From contig BDSY01000058.1 of the NCBI GenBank assembly GCA_002897895.1, positions 40,109 to 104,108 on the forward strand: a stretch of DNA of 64,000 nucleotides, given 5' to 3'. Shown here piece after piece: positions 46,334 through 57,229 of the stretch. Positions within the stretch are counted from its first letter, which is position 1. Each line of letters begins with the position of its first letter. Source of the DNA: a bacterium BMS3Abin06 (GTDB lineage Bacteria; Nitrospirota; Thermodesulfovibrionia; UBA6902). Below the pieces are notes generated by a model. It worked only from the letters and a program-made list of their open reading frames with translations. It did not search any database and was not told the origin of the DNA. The translations under genes and the position numbers were made by a program.

Positions 46334-47635
46334 ATGATCAAAACTCTGGAACATACAAGGATTGAGCTTGCAGGAAAAGGGATTATTACGGATGAAGTAA
46401 AGCAGGTGGCTGTTGATGAAAACATTGACCCCGAGCAGCTTTCAAAAGATATTGCCGAAGGTCTGACAGTTATATCAAGAAATATCAAGCACGATATAAA
46501 ACCATTAGGAATCGGCAGGGGCCTGAGGACAAAGATAAATGCCAACATCGGCACGTCAAAAGACAGGATATCTCTTGATGAAGAGATGCAAAAACTCGAT
46601 GTGCTGATTCAATACGGCGCTGATGCTGTGATGGACCTTTCTACTGGCGGGCCGATAAAAGAGATCAGGAGGCTGCTTCTCAGTAAGTCGACTGTCTCGG
46701 TCGGTACTGTCCCCATTTACGAGGCTGTGGCAAAGGCAGCTGAAGACAGGGGTTCGATTGCAAAGATGAGTGTTGATGACCTGTTTAATGTAATAGAAGG
46801 GCATGCAGAAGAGGGCGTTGATTTTGTTACTGTTCATTCCGGACTCACAAGAAAAACTATCGAGACGCTCAGAGAGGACGGAAGAATACTTGATATCGTC
46901 AGCCGCGGCGGGGCGTTTCTTGTTGAGTGGATGATATACAATGACAGGGAGAATCCGCTTTATGAAGATTATGACAGATTGCTGGAACTCGCAAAGAAAT
47001 ATGACCTGACATTAAGCCTCGGTGACGCAGCGCGGCCCGGATGTATTTCCGATGCCACAGACAGGACTCAGATAGATGAGCTCCTGACGCTTGGAGAATT
47101 AAGGGACAGGGCAGTTAAAGAAGGAATCCAGGTCATCATTGAAGGACCCGGACATGTGCCGATTAACCAGGTTGAATTGAACATAAAAATGCAAAAAGAA
47201 ATTTGTAAGGGCGCACCGTTTTATGTGCTTGGCCCCCTTGTAACGGATATTGCAATGGGTTATGACCATATATCGTCTGCTATTGGCGGTGCCATTGCCG
47301 GCGCAGCAGGCGCTGACTTCCTCTGCTATGTTACGCCTTCAGAACATATCAGGCTTCCGAATATAGAAGATGTTAAAGAAGGAGTTATTGCATCAAAGAT
47401 TGCGGCACATGCGGCGGATATTGCAAAAGGCGTCAAAGGCGCTATTGATATTGATAATGAAATGGCGAGGAGAAGAAAGGCGCTTGACTGGAACGGCCAG
47501 ATAGAGCTTTCATTAAATCCTGAAAGAGTAAAGAGCCGGCGCTCGGAAGTGCCTCCAACCGAATCAGAGGTCTGCAGCATGTGCGGAGAATTTTGTGCTA
47601 TCAAAACCGTGGAAGAGGCTTTGAAGAAAAGGTAG
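46334..47635 (+). CDS. thiC: Phosphomethylpyrimidine synthase
   Basis: C-terminal CSMCGEFCA Fe-S motif; 433 aa. Confidence 0.85.
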   Translation: MIKTLEHTRIELAGKGIITDEVKQVAVDENIDPEQLSKDIAEGLTVISRNIKHDIKPLGIGRGLRTKINANIGTSKDRISLDEEMQKLDVLIQYGADAVMDLSTGGPIKEIRRLLLSKSTVSVGTVPIYEAVAKAAEDRGSIAKMSVDDLFNVIEGHAEEGVDFVTVHSGLTRKTIETLREDGRILDIVSRGGAFLVEWMIYNDRENPLYEDYDRLLELAKKYDLTLSLGDAARPGCISDATDRTQIDELLTLGELRDRAVKEGIQVIIEGPGHVPINQVELNIKMQKEICKGAPFYVLGPLVTDIAMGYDHISSAIGGAIAGAAGADFLCYVTPSEHIRLPNIEDVKEGVIASKIAAHAADIAKGVKGAIDIDNEMARRRKALDWNGQIELSLNPERVKSRRSEVPPTESEVCSMCGEFCAIKTVEEALKKR

Positions 47636-47636
47636 G

Positions 47637-48950
47637 TTATTTAATCGCTCCTGTCTCGTCAAGTTTTAAATTTGAATCAAAGGCTATTGCCTTTTGCTTC
47701 CTTAGTTCATCAATTTTCCTGAGAGGTCTTTCCAGCATATTGCTTCTCGTAGTAACAAGGGAATCATATTCCCTCTTGGCAGCATCCAGTCTTTCCCCCA
47801 TCATTCTGAATTTGTCCTTATAGGCATTCCACTGTTTGGAGAATTCACCTAACAGTTCAAGTATTTCAGAGGCAGTCCGTTCAAGGTTGAAATTTTCGAT
47901 GGCCTGCCTGACTACCGCTAAAACCGCGTATAGTGTGAAAGGCGAACATAATATAACCTTCTGCCTTAATGCCTCATCCATAATCGTTATATCGGATTCA
48001 TTTATAAAACTGTACACCTGCTCATTCGGAATAAAAATAATTACATAATCCACAGTGTTATCCGAAGGGTTGATATATTCACGGGTTGTTACCTGTTTGA
48101 TCATGGTTTTCGTGTTTTTCAGGAGTTCGTCCTTATATCGTTTCCTGTCATGATTGGTTGAGGCATTGAGATAATGCATGTAATTGTCTAAAGGAAACTT
48201 TACATCCATGTTTATTTTCAGGTGGTTCGGCATGAAAAAAGTGTAGTCAGGCCTGCCTGATGAACCATCCAGTGTTTTCTGCTTGCTATAGTTAATACCT
48301 TCAACCATTCCGGTCAGATTGATAATGTCCTCTGCCATGCGCTCTCCCCACTCGCCTCTTTTTTTGGAGCTCGCAAGGGCCTGCTTGAGATGCTCTGTAG
48401 TATCCCGCAGCCTTAATGTAACATCCTCGTGTTTTTTAATAAGGGTGGAGACCTCTATGTTTCCTTTGCCGACATCCGCAATTTTTTGTTTGACATCGGA
48501 AAGTGTTTTATCCATTTCTTTGATGCTTTTATCAATAAGATCTTTCTTGCCTTCAAGCTCTTTAGAGCCTTCAACTGTGCTGGATTTTAATTTTTCCTCG
48601 GCAAGCTTTAAAAACTCGGCAGAATTTTTTGAAAGGGCCTCTAAAGAAATAGTGCTGAATTTATCTATCAGCTCTTTTTCCATTGACTGGAGGTTTTTTT
48701 CAGCCTCATGATATTTAGCCTCAAGCGCAGCCCTGATCTGCGACTCATTCTGCAATTCATTCTGAGTCCGGGCAAGTTCTCCGGTTTTTTGTTCGATCTG
48801 CTGTCTCAGTTCATTATTTATCGCTTCTGCGCTTCTTGCCTCTCCCTCAGCCTGAGCTGCCTTTTTTGAGAGAACAATGTAAAGAATAAGTGATGCCAGA
48901 ACACTGCCGATTACAAGACCTGAAACAAGCAACCCGATATCTGTTGTCAT
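47637..48950 (-). CDS. rmuC: DNA recombination protein RmuC
   Basis: N-terminal TM segment, long coiled coil and C-terminal RmuC nuclease-like region. Confidence 0.7.
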   Translation of the reverse strand: MTTDIGLLVSGLVIGSVLASLILYIVLSKKAAQAEGEARSAEAINNELRQQIEQKTGELARTQNELQNESQIRAALEAKYHEAEKNLQSMEKELIDKFSTISLEALSKNSAEFLKLAEEKLKSSTVEGSKELEGKKDLIDKSIKEMDKTLSDVKQKIADVGKGNIEVSTLIKKHEDVTLRLRDTTEHLKQALASSKKRGEWGERMAEDIINLTGMVEGINYSKQKTLDGSSGRPDYTFFMPNHLKINMDVKFPLDNYMHYLNASTNHDRKRYKDELLKNTKTMIKQVTTREYINPSDNTVDYVIIFIPNEQVYSFINESDITIMDEALRQKVILCSPFTLYAVLAVVRQAIENFNLERTASEILELLGEFSKQWNAYKDKFRMMGERLDAAKREYDSLVTTRSNMLERPLRKIDELRKQKAIAFDSNLKLDETGAIK

Positions 48951-49043
48951 AGTTATTTAATCATCCTTTTGTTTTTTATTATACTGATTATATTGTTTTC
49001 AGTGTAGCCTGAACATATCATTACCTGCCATATTTTTGCAGCA

Positions 49044-49478
49044 TCAAGGTTGATAATCCAGCAGCTTCTGCCTGACATATACCAGATGTTGAAGGAATGC
49101 CACAAATGCCCTGTACAGCTTGGCGTTATCATCCTCCAGGCTTTTCAGCAGTGCATCGCAAAAGAAAGATGTACAGCGGAACGGTCTCTGCCATCTTTCA
49201 CGTGAACATCCCTTTTCATTCAGAAAACGGCAGGGCTCTGTTTCTTCCCGGTCGGATGGATTATCAGGGATGTCTGCGCCGAAGGGCCTCAGAAAAACCA
49301 GGTCATTACTCTCATAACGCCCGTGTTTGTCAATGCAGCAGACCTTTTCGCATGCAGGGCAGACTATTGAAGTATGTTTCTCTATAAAAGGAGAAACAGC
49401 GCTGAATGCACTTTTAAGTTCATTTGCAAGTTCAGTTCTTTCTTCAGTCTGAATACGCTTTTGGGTATTTTTTTCCAT
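49044..49478 (-). CDS. YkgJ-family Cys-rich (CxxCxxCC) putative Fe-S/Zn-binding protein
   Basis: CPACEKVCC motif. Confidence 0.5.
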   Translation of the reverse strand: MEKNTQKRIQTEERTELANELKSAFSAVSPFIEKHTSIVCPACEKVCCIDKHGRYESNDLVFLRPFGADIPDNPSDREETEPCRFLNEKGCSRERWQRPFRCTSFFCDALLKSLEDDNAKLYRAFVAFLQHLVYVRQKLLDYQP

Positions 49479-49627
49479 AAGTTTTATGTTGCAAGTGATT
49501 TTTATGCAGGTAAATTAAGCCTATTCTATAAAATATATCATTTATTTGTAACCCTCTGCCCTGAGATACGGTTCTGTGATATAATGTTGCTCTCAGATAA
49601 ATAGCTGTATTGAAAGGATGAGTGTTT

Positions 49628-51415
49628 ATGAGCGAAGAAATGGAAATAAAAAATAAACCGTATGTTATCACAAGAAATAAAGTTATATTTGATTATGCCA
49701 GACTTGGCTGTGATACATCTGAAAAACTATTAAGAAGCCCTTTGTTCCTTGAGATCGTAGACAGGTTTATCGAGCGGCTTGCATCAAAAGGAAGCTCACT
49801 TTTTGCATTTCTCAACGATAGTCTTCCAGGAGTAAAGCGTAAGGAAATGGCAAGTTATCTCGTTAATCTGTTCAGACTTCTTTCCGGCCATTCTGCTCAG
49901 GAGGTAGTTTCAATGAAGAAGGACTATGCGCGCTTAATTGAAAGGGCTGAATATCTTCATGAATTTGTAGAGGAGCTGTACAATTACTGGAGGCGGCTGG
50001 AGCGGTTTATTTATTTTGAGGCGCCTAAACGGTCCCGGCATGCCGGGAGCGGCATTCACCATGTACAGTTTATTAAGGTCAATGATGAATTCAAGAATAA
50101 TGTTCTTTACGTGTACAGGCGAATCGGCGAAAACCTTCTCGGAAAAAATCCGCGTGTTTACAGGCAGCTGCCTGCCGGCGCTAACATGGGAATGTTACTT
50201 GAGCAGATCGATTGGAACTGTCCGGATGAACTGAGAGCATTTTCAGATATTCCTTTTATCCGGCTATCATTGATAGAACCACCGTTGATTCTGTATCCTC
50301 AAATGAATAAAAGAAAGGGCATATTTGAGGAAATCCATAGTCTTTCAGGTGAAATGTTCCGACTTGACTCAAGCGAGTGGTTTTGCTTTCCTGCAAAAGT
50401 CGGCTCTTTAACCGCGCATATATATTTTCACCGCGATTTCATATCGCTCGGACTTGCTTTAAGCAACCTTTTTGAAATAGCTGATTACGAAGATATAGAG
50501 GGCAAACAGCCGGAAATTATACTGCTTTTTGGCCTTCAGAGTGAGTCCCTTCCGGCTAAGACAGTGTTTTATGAAGACAAAAACTCCGGCATGCTTTTAG
50601 GTATGGTTGCTCATTCAGAGGAGGTTGATTATTTCGGCTATTTCAAGAAAATGACCCTTACTCTTCATAACATTGTAATGCTTAAACGGGGCTGTCTGCC
50701 TGTTCACGGTGCAATGGTATACATCAAGCTTAAAGATGGAGGAGAGGCAAATATTGTTATCATCGGCGACAGTGGAGCGGGCAAGTCAGAGACGCTTGAG
50801 GCATTGCGGGTCCTTGCAGAGGAGCATATCTGCGAAATGAGAATTATTTTTGATGACATGGGTTCAATAGGCCTCAACGATGAAGGAAAAGTAGCCGGGT
50901 ATGGTACGGAAACAGGAGCATTTGTGAGACTTGACGACTTGCAGCCCGGATATGCATATGAAGAAATTGACAGAAGCATATTTATGAATCCGGACAAAGG
51001 CAATGCACGTTTAATAGTCCCTATCACCCATTATTCTGAAATAGTTAAGGGATACCCCATAGATATCGTGCTTTATGCAAATAATTACGATCAGATAGAT
51101 GCCGGGCATCCTATTATAGAATTTTTCTCATCGCAAGATGAGGCTATCTCCTTATTCAGAAGCGGAGCCAGGTTTGCAAAGGGAACTACTGACGAAAAAG
51201 GTATAGTTCATACATATTTTGCTAATCCTTTTGGTGCACCTCAACGTAAAGAGATTCATGAAGAAGTTGCCGGACGTTATTTCAATAAAATGTTTGACTC
51301 AGGAGTGAAGGTTGGTCAAATAAGAACACGTCTCGGCATCGAAGGTTATGAGCAGACCGGACCGCATGCAGCATCAAAAGAGCTGTTCAGTATTATTAGA
51401 CGGTTGAGTCGATAA
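49628..51415 (+). CDS. Large protein with HprK-C-like P-loop (GDSGAGKSE) domain
   Basis: IVIIGDSGAGKSETLEALRVL resembles the HPr kinase/phosphorylase Walker A. The N-terminal ~350 aa are unassigned. Confidence 0.45.
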   Translation: MSEEMEIKNKPYVITRNKVIFDYARLGCDTSEKLLRSPLFLEIVDRFIERLASKGSSLFAFLNDSLPGVKRKEMASYLVNLFRLLSGHSAQEVVSMKKDYARLIERAEYLHEFVEELYNYWRRLERFIYFEAPKRSRHAGSGIHHVQFIKVNDEFKNNVLYVYRRIGENLLGKNPRVYRQLPAGANMGMLLEQIDWNCPDELRAFSDIPFIRLSLIEPPLILYPQMNKRKGIFEEIHSLSGEMFRLDSSEWFCFPAKVGSLTAHIYFHRDFISLGLALSNLFEIADYEDIEGKQPEIILLFGLQSESLPAKTVFYEDKNSGMLLGMVAHSEEVDYFGYFKKMTLTLHNIVMLKRGCLPVHGAMVYIKLKDGGEANIVIIGDSGAGKSETLEALRVLAEEHICEMRIIFDDMGSIGLNDEGKVAGYGTETGAFVRLDDLQPGYAYEEIDRSIFMNPDKGNARLIVPITHYSEIVKGYPIDIVLYANNYDQIDAGHPIIEFFSSQDEAISLFRSGARFAKGTTDEKGIVHTYFANPFGAPQRKEIHEEVAGRYFNKMFDSGVKVGQIRTRLGIEGYEQTGPHAASKELFSIIRRLSR

Positions 51416-51502
51416 TTTTAGAGAAAAAACAAGGGGGGAGGGCCGGAAGATTACAAGAACAGCAGTGGCATATATTATTTATTTGTAAGCCTGCCCCGCA
51501 GT

Positions 51503-51991
51503 TCATCTTTTTGAATAATACTCCATCTCAAGAAGGCGAATTTTCCTGTTTACTCCCGATGAGTACCCGCCGATGGAGCCGTCCGACTCAATAATCCTGT
51601 GGCATGGTATAACAACAGGGATGGGATTTTTTGAAAGCGCCCGGCCAACTGCCCTTGCTGCTGAAGGTTTGCCGGTTTTTTCAGCGATCCACTTATAAGT
51701 TCTTGTCTCTCCAAATGGTATTTCTTTCAGCGCAGACCATACTTTTTTTTCAAAATCCGTGCCTGTGAGGAATTTTATCTCCTGGCTGAAATGAGTGTCT
51801 GACCCCTGAAAATATAGTGTGAGTTCCTTTATGAAATTCTCAGGCGCTGAATCCACTTTAAAAGGAATATCGGATGGCCTGGTAAAAGATATCCCGGAAA
51901 GAAACTTCCCTGAAAAAATCAGATACATGGAACCTAAAGGGGATTTGAATATATCATAAAAGAGAGTAGACCTGTTCACCGCTTGACTCAT
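51503..51991 (-). CDS. ogt: Methylated-DNA--protein-cysteine methyltransferase
   Basis: PCHRII active-site motif. Confidence 0.8.
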   Translation of the reverse strand: MSQAVNRSTLFYDIFKSPLGSMYLIFSGKFLSGISFTRPSDIPFKVDSAPENFIKELTLYFQGSDTHFSQEIKFLTGTDFEKKVWSALKEIPFGETRTYKWIAEKTGKPSAARAVGRALSKNPIPVVIPCHRIIESDGSIGGYSSGVNRKIRLLEMEYYSKR

Positions 51992-54176
51992 TAAGACTGG
52001 ACTCTTTTTACTTCCAGTACACCATTTATCTGAGACATTTTTCTCAGGATGCCATCGAGCTGACCTTTATCCTTTATTTCAAGTGCAAAATTAAAGAGCG
52101 CCTGTTTTTCATGCGTTGAGGAAGCATCGAGATGCTTTATATTAACATTATTCGTTGATAAAACAGCGCTTAATTCAGCAAGCAATCCCCGCTTATCAAC
52201 TGTAACTACCTGCGCCTTGACAGCATAAGTAGATTCCCCGTCCCCGTCCCACTCAACATCAACAAGACGATCGACATCAATTGTATGGGTGTCAAGAGTG
52301 GGGCAATTCACTCTATGTATCGACACCCCTCTGCCTCTCGTAATAAAACCCGTTACCTTTTCACCCGGAAGGGGATAACAGCACTTTGCACGGTGAAACA
52401 TTATATTATCAACACCTTTAATTTTTATACCCTTGCCTTCCTCTTCCCTTATCTCATCTTTTCCGGCAGGGGCTTTTTCTTTTTCATCCTTTACGGAAGT
52501 CTTTTCAGACTCAGGCAAAAGCCTGTTTATGATCTTGTGCACAGAAAGCCTTCCATACCCTATGGCAACAAAGAGGTCCTCGTAAGTTTTTATTCTATAA
52601 GGCCTGGCAATTGCAAGAATATCTTTTGATTTTGCTATTGACGGACTCAGTTTATGTCTCCGGAGGGCCTTTTCCAGCAGCTCTTCACCAAGGGCAATGC
52701 CCTTTTTCCTCTCCTCTATCTTCAACCACTGTTTTATCCTCGCCCTGGCCCGCTGGGTCTTTACGAATTTTAACCAGTCCCTGCTCGGCACATGCCCCTG
52801 GGAGGTTATTATTTCTACGGTATCACCGTTTTGCAGCTTGTACCTTAAGGGGACTATCCTTCTGTTAACCTTTGCCCCCGTGCATTGATGCCCGACCTCC
52901 GTATGGATACTATAGGCAAAATCAATGGGAGTGGCATCTAAGGGAAGCTCCACTATATCTCCCTCCGGAGTGAATACAAAAACTACTCCCGGAATAATAT
53001 TGCCTTTAATAGCCTCAAAGAATTCCCTTGCATCCGGTGTGTCCTTTTGTGATTTGACAAACTCCCTGAGCCAGGAAAAATACTTATCATCTACCATTGC
53101 TGCATTATCCCGTTCCTTGTATTTCCAGTGAGCCGCAATTCCCTCTTCGGCAAGCCGGTCCATCTCTCCGGTTCTTATCTGAAACTCGACCCTCTCACCC
53201 TTTGGGCCGATAATCGTAGTGTGAAGGGACTGGTAAAGGTTTGATTTCGGGGCCCCTATGAAATCTTTAAATCTGCCCGGCACGGGTGTCCAGAGTGAGT
53301 GGATAAGACCTAATGCGGCATAACAGTCAGCCTGGGTATCAGTGATTATTCTCGTTGCTATAACATCGTATACCAGTTCAAAAGGTATTTTCTGTTTTTG
53401 CATCTTTTGATAAATTCCATAGTAGTGCTTTACCCTGCCGAATACCCTGGCGGGAATAGAGGCAGCCTTTAAGTGGGCTTCGACTATCTTTATTACTTCA
53501 TGCAGGTATCCTTCCTGCTCCTCTCTTTTTTTGGCAACCTTTTTCACAAGTTCATCATAGACATCCGGCGCAAGAAACTTGAAACTCAGGTCTTCAAATT
53601 CCGATTTCAGCCAGCCGATACCAAGCCTGTTTGCAAGAGGTGCATATATCTCCAGTGTTTCGCGGGCTATTTTTTCCCTTTTAGCTGCAGAAAGATATTC
53701 AAGTGTGCGCATATTGTGAAGTCTGTCGGCAAATTTAATAAGTATAACCCTCATATCCTCGGCCATTGCAAGGAACATTTTTCTGAAATTTTCGGCCTGG
53801 GCGTCCTCACTCGTTCTGAATTCTATCTGGCTGAGTTTTGTCAGGCTTTCAACTAAAAAAGCGACATCTTCTCCAAAAAGAGCACTGATATCTTCTACTG
53901 TCGTATCTGTATCTTCAACAGTATCGTGCAGCAGTCCTGCTGCAATTGAGTTAGTATCCATTTTCATGTTGCACAGAATTCCTGCAACAGCAAGAGGGTG
54001 CTGTATATAAGGGTCCCCTCCTTTTCTCTTTTGTTTATAATGCACTTCATTTGAAAAAGCGTATGCCCTTCGCAGAAGGTCGGCATTTGCCTCGGGATTA
54101 TACGAAAAAACCCTGTCTATTAGGGCATCTACGGTGTTTATGTCTCTTAATACAACCATGATTTTATTATAACTCA
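51991..54176 (-). CDS. relA: Bifunctional (p)ppGpp synthetase/hydrolase RelA/SpoT
   Basis: HD, RelA_SpoT, TGS and ACT domain order. The start is set at MSYNKIMVVLRD (54176 or 54158) instead of the track's 54315, which would read through a repeat region. Confidence 0.8.
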
Positions 54177-54226
54177 TTTTCCGCACATTGTAATAGTTAA
54201 CCGGGTATCTAAGATACCCGGTGAAG

Positions 54227-54390
54227 AAGTCAGGAGTCAGAATCCGGAATTCAGAATGAAAAGAGAAAAAGCTAAAGAGTTTCAAGATTTGATAGTCTGT
54301 CAAAAAGCGCATCAATCAGGAGAAATAAGTAAATTGTCAGAGGCATATTCCAAAGCAATTCTGACTCCTGACTCCTGACTCCTGAATTCT
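54227..54390. repeat. Inverted heptamer arrays (GAGTCAG)n/(CTGACTC)n flanking a ~100-bp segment that encodes an N-terminal remnant of a four-helix-bundle (23S IVS-type) protein
   Basis: Left arm 54227..54259, right arm 54358..54390. The internal remnant ORF reads MKREKAKEFQDLIVCQKAHQSGEISKLSEAY. Confidence 0.55.
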
Positions 54391-54910
54391 TGTTAAACAT
54401 TTTCTTATGCATATTCCTCTGTGGATTTCTGAATTCTTTAATAATTTAGCTTGCTTTTTTTAATCGATTTGTTAATAATTAGAAAATCCGTAACTTATTA
54501 CAGTATAATTTTTTATAATATCTGATTTATTAGTTTAATTATGAGAAAAAATATCCTGGTTATCAAGGAAGGTCTCATAAAAAAATTATATTTAATTCGG
54601 AATAGATCTCAGTATCAACTTCATATCGGCCCTGTCGGTTCGAAACCTATTCTAAAATTCAGAATACCTGCTCAGATTATTTCTTACAATAATTATGCCT
54701 GTTAAATATTGTACAGCTAAAGAATCATGGCGCTTAACTGCTTAATTTTATGCAAATGTAAGGTTAACTATTCAAGGATTTAAGCCGTATTAAGAGTAAG
54801 AGAGCCAAGGTTTTCTGATTAGGATAATCAGAAAAATCGGAGATAAAATGTCCGGAAATTACAGAAAACCTTCTTAAGAAACTTTTTATTAATAATACAA
54901 AGTTCATAAA

Positions 54911-57019
54911 ATGGATATTTTCAGCCTTTCTTCTCTATCGGCATTTGTGATATGTGAATTATTGGCCGGGTTTGTTTATTTAAAAAATCCGAAGAATAAA
55001 ATAAACATATCGTTTGCGGTTGTAACGTTTCTTATCGGAATATGGCCACTTTTCCCATATGCAACGTGGGTATCCCGTTCCAGGGAAGAAGCCCTTCTTT
55101 TTACAAGACTTGTTTATATTGCGGTTATTTTAATGCCGCCGGCTTTTTTGTTTTTTGTTTATAACCTGACTGATATCTATAGTATTAAAAAAGAAAGAAA
55201 CAGGCTGCCATTATTTTATCTGATTTCCGCTGCTTTCCTGTTTAATTCTTTTAATCCGAATTTCATAAAAAATGTTCAGCCCTTTGGTTTAAGTTTTGCC
55301 GTTGTTCCGGGAATAATGTACCATCTGTTTTCCCTGTTTTTTGCAATAGCGATTGTTTTGGGCTATATAAAGATTTTTATCAGATACAAAGAAGTGACGG
55401 GTTTTAAAAAGAAGCAGCTTTTTTACATATTAATTGCGTTTGTTACAGCAGGCATTGCCGTCTTTATTCATTTCCTTTCGGCATACGGGGTTGAAGTGAT
55501 GTATCCCCATGAACTCCTTGTTATTTTATTTGCAGCTCTGGTTTTATATTCTATTGTCAGGTACAGGGCAATGGATGTTAATATTGCATTTAAAAAAAGG
55601 ATGGCCTACTCCCTTTCCGTTGGTCTCCTGACCGGTTTATTTATTGTTTTCGTTCTTGCTGTCACAAATCTGTTTTCAACTTTCATAAAAATACATTCGT
55701 TTCAGATCAGTATAGTTGCGGCCTTTTTAATTGCCCTCCTTTTTAATCCATTCAGAAACAGGATTTATGCCCTGATTGACAAAGTTTTTTATAAAAAGTC
55801 TTATGATTATTATGCCACCATACAGCAGGTCAGCTCTACACTTACTTCAATGTTCAATTTGCAGGAGATATTCCAGTTTACAGGGAAAATAATTTATGAA
55901 GTGATGGGATTGAAAAGCATTTATCTGCTGTCTGCTAAAACAGGTGGTGGTTATGAAGTTGTTTACCATACGTCTAAAAAGATCAAAAGGGGAAAAAATG
56001 AAACGCAACATCCTGACACTAAAGAGAGTATAAGGATAGGCAATCGATCGGGGATAGTCAGGTTTTGCAGGAAATCAGGAGATATTATTATTAAGGATGA
56101 GCTGCCGGCAATCGAAGCAACCCTTGAACGGGATATGATTGGAAAAATTAAAGATGATCTTGAACTTTTTCATGCTGAAGCGGTAGTTCCGGTAATTGTT
56201 GACAGCAGATTGTCGGTTTTAATCGTGCTGGGAGAAAAATTATCATGCGATATATTTACCGGTGAAGATATTAACCTGCTTAATACGATTTCCGATCAAA
56301 CGGCCATTGCTATAAAAAATGCCCGACTTTATAAAGACAAGGTTCATTCCGAGTGGCTTGCATCCATCGGAATGATGTCGGCGACTTTTGCACATGAGAT
56401 CAGAAACCCTCTGACCTCGCTTAAAACTTTTGCGCAGCTGATGCCTGAGAAGTATAATGACGCTGAATTCAGGAATACATTTTCAAAGATTGTTGAAGGC
56501 GAGATAGAGAAAATAGACGGACTGATTGGCGATCTCCTTGATTTTTCTACAGAGAAGAGGTCTTCCCGTGTTAACAATTTCAATCTTGTATCATTAGTAG
56601 ATGAGACAGTTGATTATGTCAGGGAAAAACTGGAACGGGAGGAAAAGAAAATTGCTATCAGAAAAACATACAACGAAGATGAAATATATATGTCTGGTGA
56701 TGCAACTAAGCTGAAACAAACTTTTATCAACATATTAACTAACGGTTGCCAGGCAATGCATGGAGAAGGTGTATTAACAGTTAAAATTAAACCTAATGGT
56801 AAATACATTGATGTGGCAGTTGCGGATACGGGAGAAGGTATTGATACCGATGATATTTTAAAGGTTTTCGACCCCTTTGTCACATCCAAGGATATGGGAT
56901 TAGGTCTCGGGCTTGCTATCAGCAAGAGAATTGTAGAAGACCATAAGGGGCGAATAAATGTTAAGAGTAAATTATCAAAAGGATCGACATTTACAGTTTC
57001 ATTGCCTGTACAGAATTAA
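54911..57019 (+). CDS. Membrane sensor histidine kinase (multi-TM sensor, GAF, HisKA, HATPase_c)
   Basis: FAHEIRNPLTSL H-box and G-box DTGEGI...GLGLGLAIS. Confidence 0.8.
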   Translation: MDIFSLSSLSAFVICELLAGFVYLKNPKNKINISFAVVTFLIGIWPLFPYATWVSRSREEALLFTRLVYIAVILMPPAFLFFVYNLTDIYSIKKERNRLPLFYLISAAFLFNSFNPNFIKNVQPFGLSFAVVPGIMYHLFSLFFAIAIVLGYIKIFIRYKEVTGFKKKQLFYILIAFVTAGIAVFIHFLSAYGVEVMYPHELLVILFAALVLYSIVRYRAMDVNIAFKKRMAYSLSVGLLTGLFIVFVLAVTNLFSTFIKIHSFQISIVAAFLIALLFNPFRNRIYALIDKVFYKKSYDYYATIQQVSSTLTSMFNLQEIFQFTGKIIYEVMGLKSIYLLSAKTGGGYEVVYHTSKKIKRGKNETQHPDTKESIRIGNRSGIVRFCRKSGDIIIKDELPAIEATLERDMIGKIKDDLELFHAEAVVPVIVDSRLSVLIVLGEKLSCDIFTGEDINLLNTISDQTAIAIKNARLYKDKVHSEWLASIGMMSATFAHEIRNPLTSLKTFAQLMPEKYNDAEFRNTFSKIVEGEIEKIDGLIGDLLDFSTEKRSSRVNNFNLVSLVDETVDYVREKLEREEKKIAIRKTYNEDEIYMSGDATKLKQTFINILTNGCQAMHGEGVLTVKIKPNGKYIDVAVADTGEGIDTDDILKVFDPFVTSKDMGLGLGLAISKRIVEDHKGRINVKSKLSKGSTFTVSLPVQN

Positions 57020-57229
57020 TAAATAAATATATAATAAAGAAGCTGTAATAGTTCACTTTCCTGTCATTTCGGCGGAAGGGATAGAATCTCTTTATGTTGG
57101 GATTTAAGATTCCTTGCTTCATTCGGAATTACAGTTCAGGCAGCAATTTCGATATGGTCTGAACAATTGCAATTTCTGCAAATTATCATAGTAGGTTATT
57201 ACTTAATTATTTTGACGGCAATATAGTCT

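Noticed and set aside
54177-54315. N-terminal extension of the RelA/SpoT ORF through the heptamer repeat
   Set aside because: It reads through the (GAGTCAG) arrays and gives a non-Rel-like sequence. Rel proteins start near MSYNKIMVVLRD...
54391-54910. c-di-GMP or other riboswitch in the long AT-rich region upstream of the sensor kinase
   Set aside because: No recognisable conserved riboswitch core was found by eye.
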